Position numbers and translations under genes: made by a program. Below are positions 25,453 to 38,550 of a DNA stretch of 64,000 bases, piece after piece. Under the pieces are notes generated by a model, which saw only the letters and a list, made by a program, of their open reading frames with translations, was not told the origin of the DNA and did no database searches. Origin of the DNA: Monocercomonoides exilis PA203 (Eukaryota; Protista; Preaxostyla); assembly GCA_001643675.2 (NCBI GenBank), contig LSRY02000040.1:186001-250000 (forward strand). Direction: 5' to 3'. The first letter of the stretch is position 1. Each line of letters starts with the position of its first letter.

Positions 25453-27280
25453 TTAAGTGGATGAAGATTGAGTTTTTGTTCTTTGAGTATCTCCCTTCTC
25501 TAGCGCTCGCGCTTCTGTCCACGCTGCAAGCTCCGCCGACCGCTCGCACGAAACAAACCCCACTTCCACCGCGATGAGATGCTCTGCCAGCTGGAACAGA
25601 ACACCGCACTTCCCCTCAAAGTCAAACGTGATGTTGTGCTCCCGGCAGTTCGAAAAGAACTGCCCGTGCGGCACACGCGACAGCTCCGGCTGGTAGAACG
25701 GCTGCACAATCACAAAGCTGCGTGTCGCTGCTGGAGAGTGACAGGCATACGCCTGTGTAGAGGCGTTGGCTGAGCCAAACGCCACCTGAGGAGACACTCT
25801 CTGCACACATGCCACCTGGCGCGGAGAGAATAATCTGTGCTCCGCTCGAAGAAGTCAGAGGATGAGCACAGGCAGAATGCACAGAATCAAATGAGAGAGC
25901 GCAGGTGCATACAAAGCATCAATGCTTGAACGGTATAGAAGAAGGTTGTTTCTAGATATATATCCATACATAAATGCAGAAAATGTGATATCCACCGGAA
26001 CGCCGACGACGCTGCCAGCGGGCCCACCGAAAGATCCACTGCACACATCCGCCGCGACTCCCACTCGTCTACAAACACAAAATACGAAACACCAAACACC
26101 CCAGTCATCCCTTTCCCGTGGCACACTCGCCAGATCGCATACATCGCATCCCGCAGAGCGATAGACGGCACACTTTCCTGCGGCACAACCGCTCCAATCG
26201 TAACAAGCTCGTCCATCCTCTCTCTCTGCCTGTCCGAGCTCAAATGCAACGGCACTCTATCCGATGTCAAACACCCACCCCCACCTCCACCCCCTTCTCT
26301 TTCCCTTCTCTTCTCTCTCCTCCCAAACAGCCTCTCTTCAATAAACGTAATGCTCATCGTCCCGTCCGGCTGTATCATTCCTTCCACAACAGGCTTCCCC
26401 ACAATCCCCTCCCGCTCTATGCACAGCTCCACCAGCACCTCATTCACCATCACCTCCTTCACCATCGCCATTATAAGATTGTACCTCCATCTCCCATTCG
26501 CTCATTCTCCTTCAACAATCGCATGCTTCAGATTCACAGGAACACTCAGCAGAAATTTTTCGTCTAGTGATTGGATATCATCATCATCATCATTTTCATC
26601 GGCTACATCATCATTACGCTTTCTTTTATATAACCTGAGCATTTTAAAAGATAAAGATAATTTTTAATCATATCTTCTTCTTCTTCTCTATCTTCTTCTC
26701 TGTCATCTTTATCTTCTTCCACTTCTTCTTCATCTTTATCATCTTCTACTACTACTGCTTCTTCTTCTTCTTCTTCAATCTCTTTCTTATTCGCATGAAC
26801 TCCTTTTTTTCTTCATTGTTGTTCAAACTTCCTTCAAACATTTGCAACCGTCATATACTTCCTTAACTTTATTCCCCTCATATTTCCGAAATAGTGAGCA
26901 CCCAGCTGCTTCTCACTCCTCATCTCATCGAATGAATTTTTCATTTGTCAATTTCGAACAATATCGTTACGCCCCGACTACCAGCAAATAATGAAAATGA
27001 AAATACATATAAAGTTCTTTGATAAATACAATCAAATAATAAAGTTCATTATACACCTCTTTTCGTTGGTCTAATGGAAGCTCATGCTTCAACACACCTT
27101 CCAGCAATCAGAATAATCGACTTTCACTTCCGTCAGAAAAACACAGTTGCAATCTTATCGGCCTTATCGCTGCAAAAAACCTATCTATTCCAGCTGCCAC
27201 ATTTTGAATACATGGAATATTTTCTCTTTGGGTTCTTGTGTCACTTTTGTTGAATTTTGCTTCATTTGGTCGTTTCCATA
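25453..27280 (-). pseudogene. IQCH-like (IQ domain-containing protein H) C-terminal region, probably disrupted
   Basis: 'GAVVPQESVP...VCHGKGMTGVFGVSYFVFVD...CAVDLS' and 'FYQPELSRVPHGQFFSNCREHNITFDFEGKCGVLFQLAEHL' resemble the IQCH C-terminus as I recall it. In-frame stops occur between segments. Confidence 0.55.
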
Positions 27281-27455
27281 ACAGATTTGGAGCAGATTAA
27301 GAAAAGGGGCACAACATGATGAGCTGTGGCTGAATGGGCTTGTGAATGAGATTGAGGGGCAATCGGCTGTATTTATTGTGCTTGAGGAAGGATTTTAGTG
27401 GTTGGGGAGAAGTTGGGTTTTGAAGGGGACTGGAGAGTGTGAGGGGTTTTTGGGG

Positions 27456-27457
<2 letters not shown>

Positions 27458-27489
<32 letters not shown>
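27458..27489. repeat. (GA)n microsatellite
   Basis: Directly visible run of GA dinucleotides. Confidence 0.95.
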
Positions 27490-27491
<2 letters not shown>

Positions 27492-29143
27492 TATTTTTGT
27501 GAGGTTTTGTTGTGCAAATGGATGTGATGGAGATGGATTGGGATAAGGTTAGGAAGGGTTTTTTTTTGAGATTTTTACCGGAATGAGGAGTGGGAATTGC
27601 GTTTATTATTGGAGAAAAGGAATTTGATGTGGAGGAGATGGGGTGAGGCGGGGCAACAGAAGGGAAGAAGATGTGTGGGGCAAACAGAGTATACTTATTG
27701 GAGGGGAAGATATGAGGGGGAAAGAAGGAGGGCAGGGGAAGAAATGGAAAAGTGATGTTTTTTTTTCAAATGCACAGATAAAGAGAGGTTCATGTGAAGT
27801 GGAGCAAGAGGGAGAGCTTTCGTAGATATACAAGTGGATGAGGAAATGGGAAGGGGGATATTTGGGAAGAGAAGAAGAAAAATGAAAGAAAATTTTCTTC
27901 AGATTTTTATTAGAAATTTTGTGGGCAATTTTGCCGCTCCTCACATTAAGGGGAAAGGGATGGATGTGGAGGTAGAGGAACACCGGAAGAAGGAACATCG
28001 AACGCAACACTTTGTTGTGGGGGTGTGGAGATAGAGATTCGTCAGAGATAGAGTTGGATGAAGGGCTGACCACGAGAAGGTGACTTGCACCAAAGAGAGG
28101 CAAAATATGGAGATTTGTTTATTTTTTATTTTATTTGAAAAAGGATGATGGAAAATGAAGTGGAAAAGATTTTGCATCGTTTGTGGAAGAGATGGAGGAT
28201 GTGTGGTGGAGAGACGTTGCTGCTTTGAGAGAAAATATGGAGAAGAAAGCAATACATTGACAAAGGATGAGAAGGGGTTCTTCTGATGAAATCCACACCT
28301 TAGCAAGTTTTTTGATGGAATGGAGTTTACGGAGGTTATTCTAGTGGAAGCAGAATAGAGGATTAGGCTTTGATAAATTTTTTTGGAAGGCAGAAAGGAG
28401 GTGATAATATTTTCATTGAAATTAACAAGAGAGATGGATCAAAATAGTTTTGAAGATTAAAGGAAATGTGTGATTTTTTTTGATATCATAAAAATTTACG
28501 AAGTTTGATCAAAATATTTTTTCATTAAGGGTGGGGTTGATTGGAAAATTGAAAATGATGATCATGATAATTGATTGCTTTAAAAATAATAATAATTATT
28601 TATTTGTTGATAAAAATTTGTTTCTCATTATTTTTATTACAAATTTAGAAAAAAACATATAATTCTAATTCAAAAAATATCAAAACTGAAGCAAACAGAA
28701 CAAAATACTCGTTCAAACGTTATTAAAACATGATAATAATTAGAACAATACGTAATTTATCAATTTCTTATAAAAATTAGTTTTATGATGTTATTACAAA
28801 AAAAATTTCAAATTGATATTGAAGATCTTAAAACATTTGTTAAAAATTTACAATATCAAAAACACAAATGGAAAAACAAAATAGAAACACATTATATTTA
28901 TCAGATATACAACGGTTTGGTTTGTTTTTGTTTAGAAACAAAAAATTCTTTAAATTAGTTATTCTTATAAATTGATCAAAGATATAGAAAAATAACAAAG
29001 AGAATAATAAAAATTGAATAGAAATTTGAAAAATTTTGTTTTTTAAACACTAAAAAAGCTTCTATCGCATGAACATCTTCATTTTATTTTCCTCCCTTCG
29101 TTTCTCCGTTGATTCTCCACATTTCTTCCTCGTCTCTTATCCT

Positions 29144-31159
29144 TCATCCAGATATCCACACCTGATGCTCCTCTCCTTTTGTCGCGACGCTCCTTTTCCA
29201 TACGGGCTTAACAAAAAAGCTTTTCGAATGCAATGGTTGATGTAGCAGAAGAGCGTACGTCTCTCGAAAGCTACTCCCTCGCCTCTTCATCATTATCGCA
29301 TCCTTTTCTGCATCCACTTCAGCTAAACTTGAATTCCTCTCAGTCTCAACCTCTTGGCTCCCTAGCAATTCCCTCGTGGCTATCTGCCCATCTGCTCTGG
29401 ATGGCTCCGCTTCTCTGGCTGGCTTGTCTGCCCCAGATCAAAGTACAATAATCGGTTTTCACTCCTCCAATAATACCAACATTGTGCGCTCATCCAACTA
29501 AGCAGCTCTTGTGTTAATTTGGTAAGGTGATGTGCCTTTGACTGCGCTTCTGAGGCGTACGTGTTCACCAGTTATGTGAGCGAAGAGTCTTCCGAGGGCG
29601 GAGTTGCAATGGTGTTCCTCAACTGCGAGAAGTTGTGGCTGCACTTGTCCGAATGCATCCTCAACTTCAACTTCGTCTTGAATCATGTATTCAGGGGAAA
29701 GGAACTCTTTCTCCGACACTCCTCCATCCCCGCCCAAATCAACGAGTCCCTCTTTCCCTTCGGCTTCACTCAGCATTCTTTCGCTTGAAACACGTCAATC
29801 TGCGAGTTTGACTTCTCCCACACAGACCCCAACCCCGATCTCGACTTCAACAAAGTCACCTTCATCATATTCTACAACGCCTACCATATATTTGTCAATC
29901 AAGACATCGGCTCCTCTGCGCACCATTACAGCTCCCCGCTTTCATCCTGTTCCTTCATCTTCACAACAGTGATTGAAAATGACAGCCAGAATTGCCTTTC
30001 CAACATGGGAGTTGGATCTATCTTGTGAAGTCTTGTTCCTGTTCACTTCGTCACCACCATCTCATTGTTGTTGCATTTCGCAACTTTTGCACCCTTTCAT
30101 ACTGCCACATCTCCTTCCATTAATTCTTCGTGTATTTCCAGTCTTCATTTTTCTGCCTTTTCAACGAATCTTTTGCTGTGTCCTCCTCTCTCCTTTCTCC
30201 TTCCGACAAGCATCTTCACCTCAACCACATACTTCTTTGTGCTTGAAGAGGATATCTGAGCCTCTTCCAATCAGATCTTCGTGCTCTTCCCAATTCCTGC
30301 GTCTTTCTCTCCAACATCAACATCTCTGCACAAAACGCTGCTTCAATCGAATTCGCTTTTGATGATGAATCCAATAGTTCAGTACATCATCTTATCTCAA
30401 CGTATATCGCAATTGAAAGCAGTATAATTGTTCTTATTAATCTTTTTGGAATTGAAATATCAGAAAGTCCCTTCAGCTTGATGCACTCCGTCTTAACTTC
30501 CATCTTGATTGGAAACCTTATCAGCAACATTTATGACTGAAACAGCAGCATGGCTTTAGTGAATCTCAAACTGCACCATTCTCCAAAACGGAACTTCTAC
30601 ATCCTTTGGGAGCGCAGTCGCGTTTATCCATTGATCTTTAGCTGTACTCGAGACATGCTCAATAAATGGATTCACTCGGCAGCTACAACAAGTATCAATT
30701 GGACACTGTATCTGATTCATAAGAAAGTGTCTGTGAATGAAGAGCCTTTCTGATTCATTACAAAAGAAGAACAGCCGAACATAGTCTCCACAGAAACACG
30801 TGCTTGTATCAACTGCTGTAAGTTCACTAATAGCCCCGTCTTCCCAAATAATTAATCCGCTTGCTAAAACTTCACCTCCTTCTCGCTGTTCTCTCATTAT
30901 TGCCTTTCCCTGGAGAGGTAATGGCATGCTCTCCCGCACCTCCTCGTGGCTTCTCAGCCGCGAATGTTCCCTCAACTGTATCACATCTCAGCGCACTTCC
31001 ACATTCTTCGTATCTGCGCTCCATAACGCTCATGAAAAAGAAGCAACAGATAGAATGATTCAGATATTCAACGTATTCCTTCCTGACACATTGTTTCTTG
31101 TTCTGGTTCATCATCTTCTTCTCCTCCAACTTCTCCCCATTTCCATTTGACTTCCTCAT
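29144..31159 (-). pseudogene. Decayed coding-like sequence, family not recognised
   Basis: Higher-GC stretch with successive short minus-strand ORFs (30556-30984, 29498-29776, 29144-29368) broken by stops. Confidence 0.35.
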
Positions 31160-31296
31160 TTTTTAAAATCTCAGCAATTTTCACTTACCAATTTCCATTC
31201 ATCATATCCTGTCAAAACGAATTCTTCTATCTCTTCATCTTTATTCTCTTCATTGACTTTTCAATCTTCTTCTCATTTTCAACTGTTTTTTTTTCT

Positions 31297-34200
31297 TCAG
31301 AAATACCCTTCTTCTTTCTTTCTGTAATCATCCCATATAAAGATGAGGAAAAAAAAAAGAAGAAATCCAATCATATGAAATATGTGCTGACAATGATAAA
31401 GCAATGTGATATGATGTTTAAGTGCATGAAAAAGAAGAGGAAGAAGTAGAAGATTATGAAGATTATGAAGAAGAAGAAAAAGAAGAGGAGGAAGAGGAGG
31501 AGGACGATGATGAAGAAGAGGAAGAAGAATACGACGAAGACGACGAAGAAGAAAATTGGTGGCAGTCAAAAGAGCATTTGTAATGAAAGTGATCGAAGTT
31601 GCATTTGAACATGTTTCATCTTCTGCTTCTTTCTCCACATCCGAAGAAGAGGTAGCAAAAGAGCAAGATATTTGGACATAGCAACATTCAGTTGCCTCAC
31701 AATCAACTGGCCGTGATGACGATTAGAAGGAAGATGATATAAAAGAAGACAAAATTTTTGCTGCTCCGTTCTTTCAGCAGCCGCTCCTTCAAATTAATCA
31801 GATTTGGACGAATAAATTTGGTCATCAAATGGTCCTTCTAAAGATTCTGAGGTTTTCGTGTTTGCGTATCCTTCTCAGCATCTTCTTCCTTCTCTTTCAC
31901 TCTCACTCTCTTCTTCTTCGTTTTCTTTTCTGACTTTTACAAGTTCTTTGTTAATTTCTTTTCTAATTTCCTTTTATAACCTCCTTTCATCTGCTTTGAT
32001 GGCAATTCACCTCAATCTCCCTCATTTCCTCGACCTCCTTCATCTTCCAAATCATCATTTCACCTCTTCATTTTCTCCTCTTTCTGTCCCTTTCGATCTG
32101 AGCACTCAACAAAATGAATCAGTATTCTTTTGATAAAAAAAAATTCATTTTTCCCTTTTGCCTCTGGCTCAACAGAACTCTTCATCTGATGGCCAGCCCT
32201 TCTTCTGTGTGGATGAAGACATGTAGAATAGGAAGAAAGCAAACCAAGTGGAAAAGCAAAGGAAGGAGTAGGAGAAGAAGAATGAGTATGTTGCTGTTTA
32301 TTCTGTGCCTGTGAATGAATACGGAGTTGCAGTTGAGAATAGCAGAAGAGGCAAAATGAACTTCTGGAGGCTGAGCAAAGTCGCCTTTCCTGCCAAGCAC
32401 TATCTGAAAGTTGCTGAATTCTTCTGATTGAGTCGCAGAATCAAGTTTATTGTTATCACTCAAGTTGCCAAGCTGACTCATCCCATTCGTTTCTCCATCG
32501 CATTTAACTTTTGAAATAAAATTATCAAAAGAGGAAGCTATTTCTTCTGCGCTCAGCATCTTCTCCTCTTTCACCTGTTCTTTGCATCTCCTTCTTCAAA
32601 ACGCGTTCTGTTCCGCCATGTTGCTTTCTCCTACTCCTGCTCCACGTCTGCCTGCTCATTATTATTCTCCACAAGTTCACATCTCACCAGCTCTTTTAAC
32701 CAGTGCACAAAACGTGTCAAGTTTTACTGCTCGACCACATGCAGCGTCCGCACACTCATCACATACGCAAGTCGGTTGATCAGACGAAGACGATGGTCTG
32801 CATAATGAGGAGGAGAAGAAAGAGAATGAGAAGAAGAAGAAGAAGAAAAAAGTATGATTTTGAGATTTGTGTGAATGTTTTTTTTTGGATTTTGAGATGA
32901 TTCTAATTCTTTGTTCTTTTCTTCTTCAACGCTTTCATTAAATGAAGATACTTCAGAATCATCTTCCATCAATTGGTGATGTGTTCTCCTTATCGAAGAA
33001 ACAGCTCCTCCCAAAATGTTTATGCTGTGATAGAATCGTTTGGGATGGTTGCTGAATGAAGAGAGCAGACGCGCCAAGTCATTTGTGGTAAAATATGTGT
33101 GTGGAGAACAGGCTGTATAGATCACTTCGCTGGATGAAGAATAAGAATACGAAAAAGAAGATTTTTCGCTTTTATTTGTGTCAGATTTATCGAAACTTGC
33201 AAGTGATGATGATGTTGACGTACATCTTTTGTTGTATATTTTGTGATAAAAAGGCACTCTCTGTTTTTTTTGCATTCTCATCCCTTGTGCTCCCTTTGGA
33301 GTTCGACAAGTCAGTCCTTTTTCTGTTTTTCCTTCATTTTCCTCCTCTCTATCTCCTTCTTCTCCGTCTCTTCCTCTTCCTCTCCATACGGAACATATCC
33401 AATCTGCGAAGCACACACCACAAAGTTGTATATTGCAAACTCACTTGGCTGCATCATCAGCGCTTGTCGCACTTGATTCGCTCTGAAGACGCAGGATGAG
33501 CCAAAATCCATTCGAACATCTCGTTCTGCTGATTTCCTTGCATGTTATGGATAATCTGAGTCATCTGTAAAGTCGTATGCTTCGTTGTTTTCTTCGTCTT
33601 TTTCATCTTCGCTCGCTTCGTAGAAGGAGTCCGAATAAGCAGATCGATGGTGAGAATAAATTTGTGGAGAAAAAGAAGAAGATAATGATGATGTATTCCG
33701 ATGATTTCTTGTATCTATGTCCAGCGCTCATGACGAATTCTGTTTGTGTTCCTTTCACTTCACCTTCTTTTCGGTATTTTGTTCTCATTCATCATTAAGC
33801 CTGTCTTCAATTACGTCTTTGATAACCTGCTCTCAAAAATTGTTCGATTTGCTCCAATCAAATTCTTCCTTTCGCAGTTTGCTCAGTTCTTCCTTCTCTT
33901 CTTTCTATATCTTCCGTTTTGCACTTTCTTCGTATCTTCGCTTTTTGGGTTCTGAATCACCCATTACTCCTTCTTCCTCTTAATATTTATCTCATCTCCC
34001 TCTATCTTCCTCCTCTTCCTCTCCATTTCCATCTCCCTCTTTTCTTCTCTTTCTCTTTCTCGCTCTTCTCATCTGTTTCCCTGCCATTTCTCTTCACTGC
34101 TGCTTGTTCTGAAAGATGCCGTGCTTTCCCACTGCCACGATGCCTTCAAGGATGCCAACAACCACTCCGTTCATGAAACATTCGGAGGAAAAATGAGAAG

Positions 34201-34556
34201 TCGAATCGAAGCTCATCTCCGGCTCCTTCTTCATCACGCTCATCGCTTCTGACCGAGAGTCGGTGGTGGATTTGGAAGAAGAAGAAGAAGAAGAAGAAGA
34301 AGAAGAAGAAGAAGAAGAAGAAGAAGAAGAAGAAGAAGAAGAAGAAGAAGAAGAAGAAGAAGAAGAAGAAGAAGAAGAAGATGGAGAAGAAAGAAGAAGA
34401 AGAAGAAGAAGAAGAAGAAGAAGAAGAAGATGATGATGATGATGATGATGATGAAGAAGAGGAAGAAGAGGAAGAAGATGAAGAAGAAGAAGAAGATAAG
34501 GAAGAAGAGGAAGAAGAGGAAGAAGAGGAAGAAGATGAAGAAGAAGGAGAAGGCAT
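31297..34556 (-). pseudogene. Decayed low-complexity (Ser/Glu-rich) coding-like sequence, family not recognised
   Basis: Fragmented ORFs with poly-Ser tracts and no recognisable domain. Confidence 0.35.
34275..34552. repeat. (GAA)n microsatellite followed by a compound GAA/GAT/GAG tract
   Basis: Pure GAA run at about 34275-34380, then a mixed triplet repeat. Confidence 0.95.
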
Positions 34557-34804
34557 GTGATGTGGTTTTGCCTCGTCTGTTGAAAAAGGAGAAGTGTAAT
34601 TATGAGGTTTTTGAAGATCGAAAATTTTGAAGATTAATGCAAATTATTTTCAATGGAGAAATTCAATGAAATGATAATTCTTTTTTTCTTCTTCCATTTT
34701 TTTTGTTCTTCTTGTAACACTGTTCACCAAATTCATCATTAATTCTTCTTTATCTTCTTTCTCTCGCTGATGCAAATAATAAACATGTGACAATTCCTTT
34801 TTTC

Positions 34805-36070
34805 CTCTTTTTGATTTCATCTTTCAAGCTTTCAATTCCCCTTCTTTCACAAAAAATCATCTTTTCTCAAAAACTATTCTTCGCCAAAGCCCAATTCCAG
34901 GCATCTTCGAAATTTCTTGAATTTCATTTGTTCGTCTTTATTTGTTCTTCCCCACTTTTCTTCTTCTTCTTCAAAGCCATATAATCCTTCGCTTTTTCAA
35001 CATCCTGAATGAAAAAATAATAATCACTTCAAAAAATATTCAACAAACCTTCTAAACATTTTTATATGGAATTTTCTGTTTTATATTCCATTGCACACTG
35101 TTTCCCTCCAATAAAAATTCTTTATTCCTTCCATTTTCAAATATTTCTTTTCTGATTTTCTAATCGTCCTTTCCGGAAGTCATTTTCCCATCAAATGCAT
35201 CGATTTCCCTCTCTTCTGAAAAATGTGAAACTTATGTATTTTCTTCAATTTCATCTTTCTCATTGAAAAATATCCTTGTTTCTCGTCTGAAAATATCATT
35301 CCAAATTCCTTCCCAATCCCTTCACCCTGGGCACTTTCCATATGAATTCGCTCTCCCAACTTTATGGTCACCCTGCACAACGAGATATCCCGCCTTCATT
35401 CATTTTCATTCATTTCTGCCTCCTGCCCTGAAAGAAAGAATAAAAACGGTCAATAAAAAATAATCATATATAGAAATAATAAATAAATACCAAACTTCCT
35501 TCTCTGCCTTTTATTAGCAATTATTCTTTGGCATATCAATCATATAAATATTTTCATTAAAAACAAAAGAAAGAACACCTATTGATTGTCTATGAAAAAG
35601 ATTTGTTTAAAAAACATGTGTTTTCCTCATATGATAACAAATAACAAACCTCGATGCAACGTCAATGTGAGAAAAATTGTTGAAAGAACATTTTGAAATA
35701 AAGTTATGGAATTTTTTCTCATTGAAAAAAGTTCTAAACACACATTTTTTTTAATCATTTTTAATGAATATTGTTGTTTTAATAATTATGAAGCGTATGA
35801 ACACTAATAGAATATAAGCATTTTCTCGTTCTTGAAAGAACAAAAAAGCGAAAAATTTTCATAGATTTTTGATCTGAAAATTTGAGATACATTTTTCGAA
35901 AAAGAGGTCACACCTTGGTACCCCTTTTTTTGACATATTTCACACACCGTCATTCTAACAAATCGATTCATGCGAAAAAAATGCCACCCAAGGTGTGACC
36001 CTCGTGGGATACCTTAAAAATATTTTTTCCTTATGATCAGATCCATAATTATTTGAATATGCATGAAATT
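34805..36070 (+). repeat. Left 1,266-bp inverted repeat
   Basis: Reverse complement of 41823-43088. Identical small ORFs occur in both arms, and no mismatch was noticed by eye. Confidence 0.96.
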
Positions 36071-36982
36071 TCCTTTTTTTTTTAAGAAATTTTTGTGTTT
36101 TAAATATATATATTTTTCAATATAATCTGTTCGTTGATGAGATGATAATTTTTCGTTTCGTTTATTTTTAATGAATAAGAATTCTTAGCTGTCTATTCAC
36201 TCTTAATTGCAATATAAATTTTTTCATTGTTTTTTCAAATACTTGATGAAATCAGTTGATATGATTTTTTCACATTATTGTTGTTCATTATTGTTAACAA
36301 AAACATTTCAAATAATAAAATTAGTTCGCTGTGCACAATGTTAAAAATATTTCGAAATAAATGAGTTGGTTCTTTGAAACAACAACAAACAAACATAAAA
36401 ACTGAAACACTTGAAAAACAAAACAAAACAAATAAAAACAATTTCAAAAAACTTTTAGCAACATCAAACGATAAACAAAATAAACAATATTAACGTCTTG
36501 TTCATTCAAGCTAACACAAACTTATTCATTTTCAATTTCATTCTCTCGAAATTCTCACTCATCATTATCAAATAACCAAAAATTCTGAACAAAAAAAGAT
36601 TCAATAAAAAGCATTACTATATCAACAAATTCATGGTATCAAAGACAATTCCTAACAAAAAAGAAAACTTATACAAAAAGTTCAAAAACTAACTTGTCTA
36701 TTTTCCCTCTGTTTTCCATCCACTCTGCACTTTCTGATATTTCTCTCACTTTGACTCAAAAAGATCAAATCCAACATTGAAAAAAGACAGACACAATGAT
36801 AAGCCAACATTTCACACTTTCAACAACTCTCCCTTCCAAAAACCTCACTCAAAGATCAATGAATTCCTTCACAACACTCTCTATTAATGAATCTCGATAA
36901 ATACATATATAAGCGGGACAATAACCAAGAAATAAATAGGGACAATATTGGGACAATAACCAAAAGAAAACAATCGGATTCT

Positions 36983-37120
36983 AACTATTGTGTACCTGGG
37001 AGGCTGTTCGTCGTATCCAGGTCCGGATAAAGCAGCCCGAAGGCTGCAATATCTAATACGAACAGTCATGTCCAGCACCCTTCCGATCGAGTGCCAGCTG
37101 AGCATACACAACAACTAGTT
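36983..37120 (-). ncRNA. Candidate structured RNA or 3'-UTR element directly after the transposase stop codon
   Basis: Closing stem AGUUGUUGUGUA/UACACAAUAGUU; hairpin CUGGCACUC/GGGUGCUGG; stem CUGUUCGU/ACGAACAG; GCAGCC-UUCG-GGCUGC; UAUCCG/UGGAUA; possible ACCUGG/CCAGGU long-range pairing. Confidence 0.55.
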
Positions 37121-37122
37121 TC

Positions 37123-38509
37123 TTAATAGGGAACACCATTAATACAATTTTGAGATTCATTAAAAGAAGAAGAGTCAAGAAGAAGCTCAAATCTCCTTGA
37201 AAGAAGATCTTGAGAAGATTGAGAAAGAAGAGAAGAGTTAGATGATGTGTTACCAGAGTTGAAGGTCTTTCTTGAACGTTGCACTTTTTCTTTAATTGTC
37301 GAAGATTCGAGGGCAACCAGAGAGCGTTGAGGAAGATATCCAACAGCTGAAGCACAGACAAATGAGCCCTTGCGCTCAAAATACAAGTAGTCCTTCATGT
37401 GAGGGACTGACAGAGATGGCCATGAAATTTGCAGAGATGGTACATACTCTTCAAAGTACCTCTCATGCACAGAGTTATTGACAGTTGATGTTGATGGAGA
37501 AGAATTGGTTGAGGATGATTCAAAAATGTCTTGTTGTGATGTCGAAGAAGCAGATGTTGAAACATTCATATTGTTGTCGAAGAAGTTGATTAAGTCATGA
37601 AGTGTGGTGATGTGTTCAGTTGATATGTTGTTGTTGATTGTGTTCACAAGTGCACCAAATTCACTATCGCAAATATTTTTTCCATGGTGCTCAGCGAAGA
37701 AGTTGAGTTGAGTGTTTTTCTTTTTCAAAAGTTTTGATTGTTTGGATAGGATGAAGTGAAGAAGGAAGCGATTTCGGTTGTGTGGACCAGAATCGCAGAA
37801 GAACTTAAAAGTATGAGTGTCTGAGAAGAAGTGTCTTTTGATCACAGATTCCAGACACTCAATAACAAATCTGTGATCATTTGAAAGGCAGTCGGAGAAG
37901 AAGTTGAAAGTTCTTTTAATTTGTTGATTATTTATTTTTTGAAGAGAAATGATTGTGAATTGAGAGACTTGTTGGTAATTAAAGAATTCCTGTTGAAGTT
38001 GGTTCTTTCTGATAGGGAGTTTCCATTTCTCTTTGAAGTCGAAGACGAAGACTGCTTCTCCCTCTTTCTGATTGTCGACAGTTGATTGATAATGTTTTCG
38101 TTGCATTTCTGCAACAAGTCGATGTTGACGAAGTAATTTTAGTGAATGAAACTCAGCAGAAGAAAGTCCATTTTTGTTTTGAGATGACTTTAATTTGTTT
38201 TCCAGATAGTTGAGTTTCTCACACATGCCACAGAGATCTGTGCGCCTTTTCGCTTTCGAGAAGTTGGTAGTGAGTTTGTAGAAATGTGACAGAGAAACTT
38301 TGATGTTTGTTTCTTCTGTGAACTCACTCCATAATTTCGTCTTGGGCTTGAAGATTAATCTCTTTTCATTGGGAGAAAAGATGCCCGTTTTCTTTCTTTT
38401 ATCTTTCAAAGCTTCCAATCCATATCTTGTTGAAATTGACGAAGAAAGTGGAGGAATGAAAGTTGAACGATGAGGTGGAGTGATGAATGGAGACGACGAC
38501 GACGACGAC

Positions 38510-38550
<41 letters not shown>

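Noticed and set aside
35180-35463. 66-aa ORFs duplicated in the two inner repeats as element-encoded genes
   Set aside because: They are short, have non-ATG starts and show no motifs. Their identity simply follows from the DNA repeat.
36983-37120. HDV-like, hammerhead or twister ribozyme, 5S rRNA, or Fanzor/TnpB omega-RNA
   Set aside because: A plus-strand partial HDV-like fit (7-bp P1, CUAA) lacks P1.1, P4 and a proper L3. There is no CUGANGA/GAAA core and no 5S consensus. No RuvC/Fanzor ORF is present, and the structure is not at an element end.
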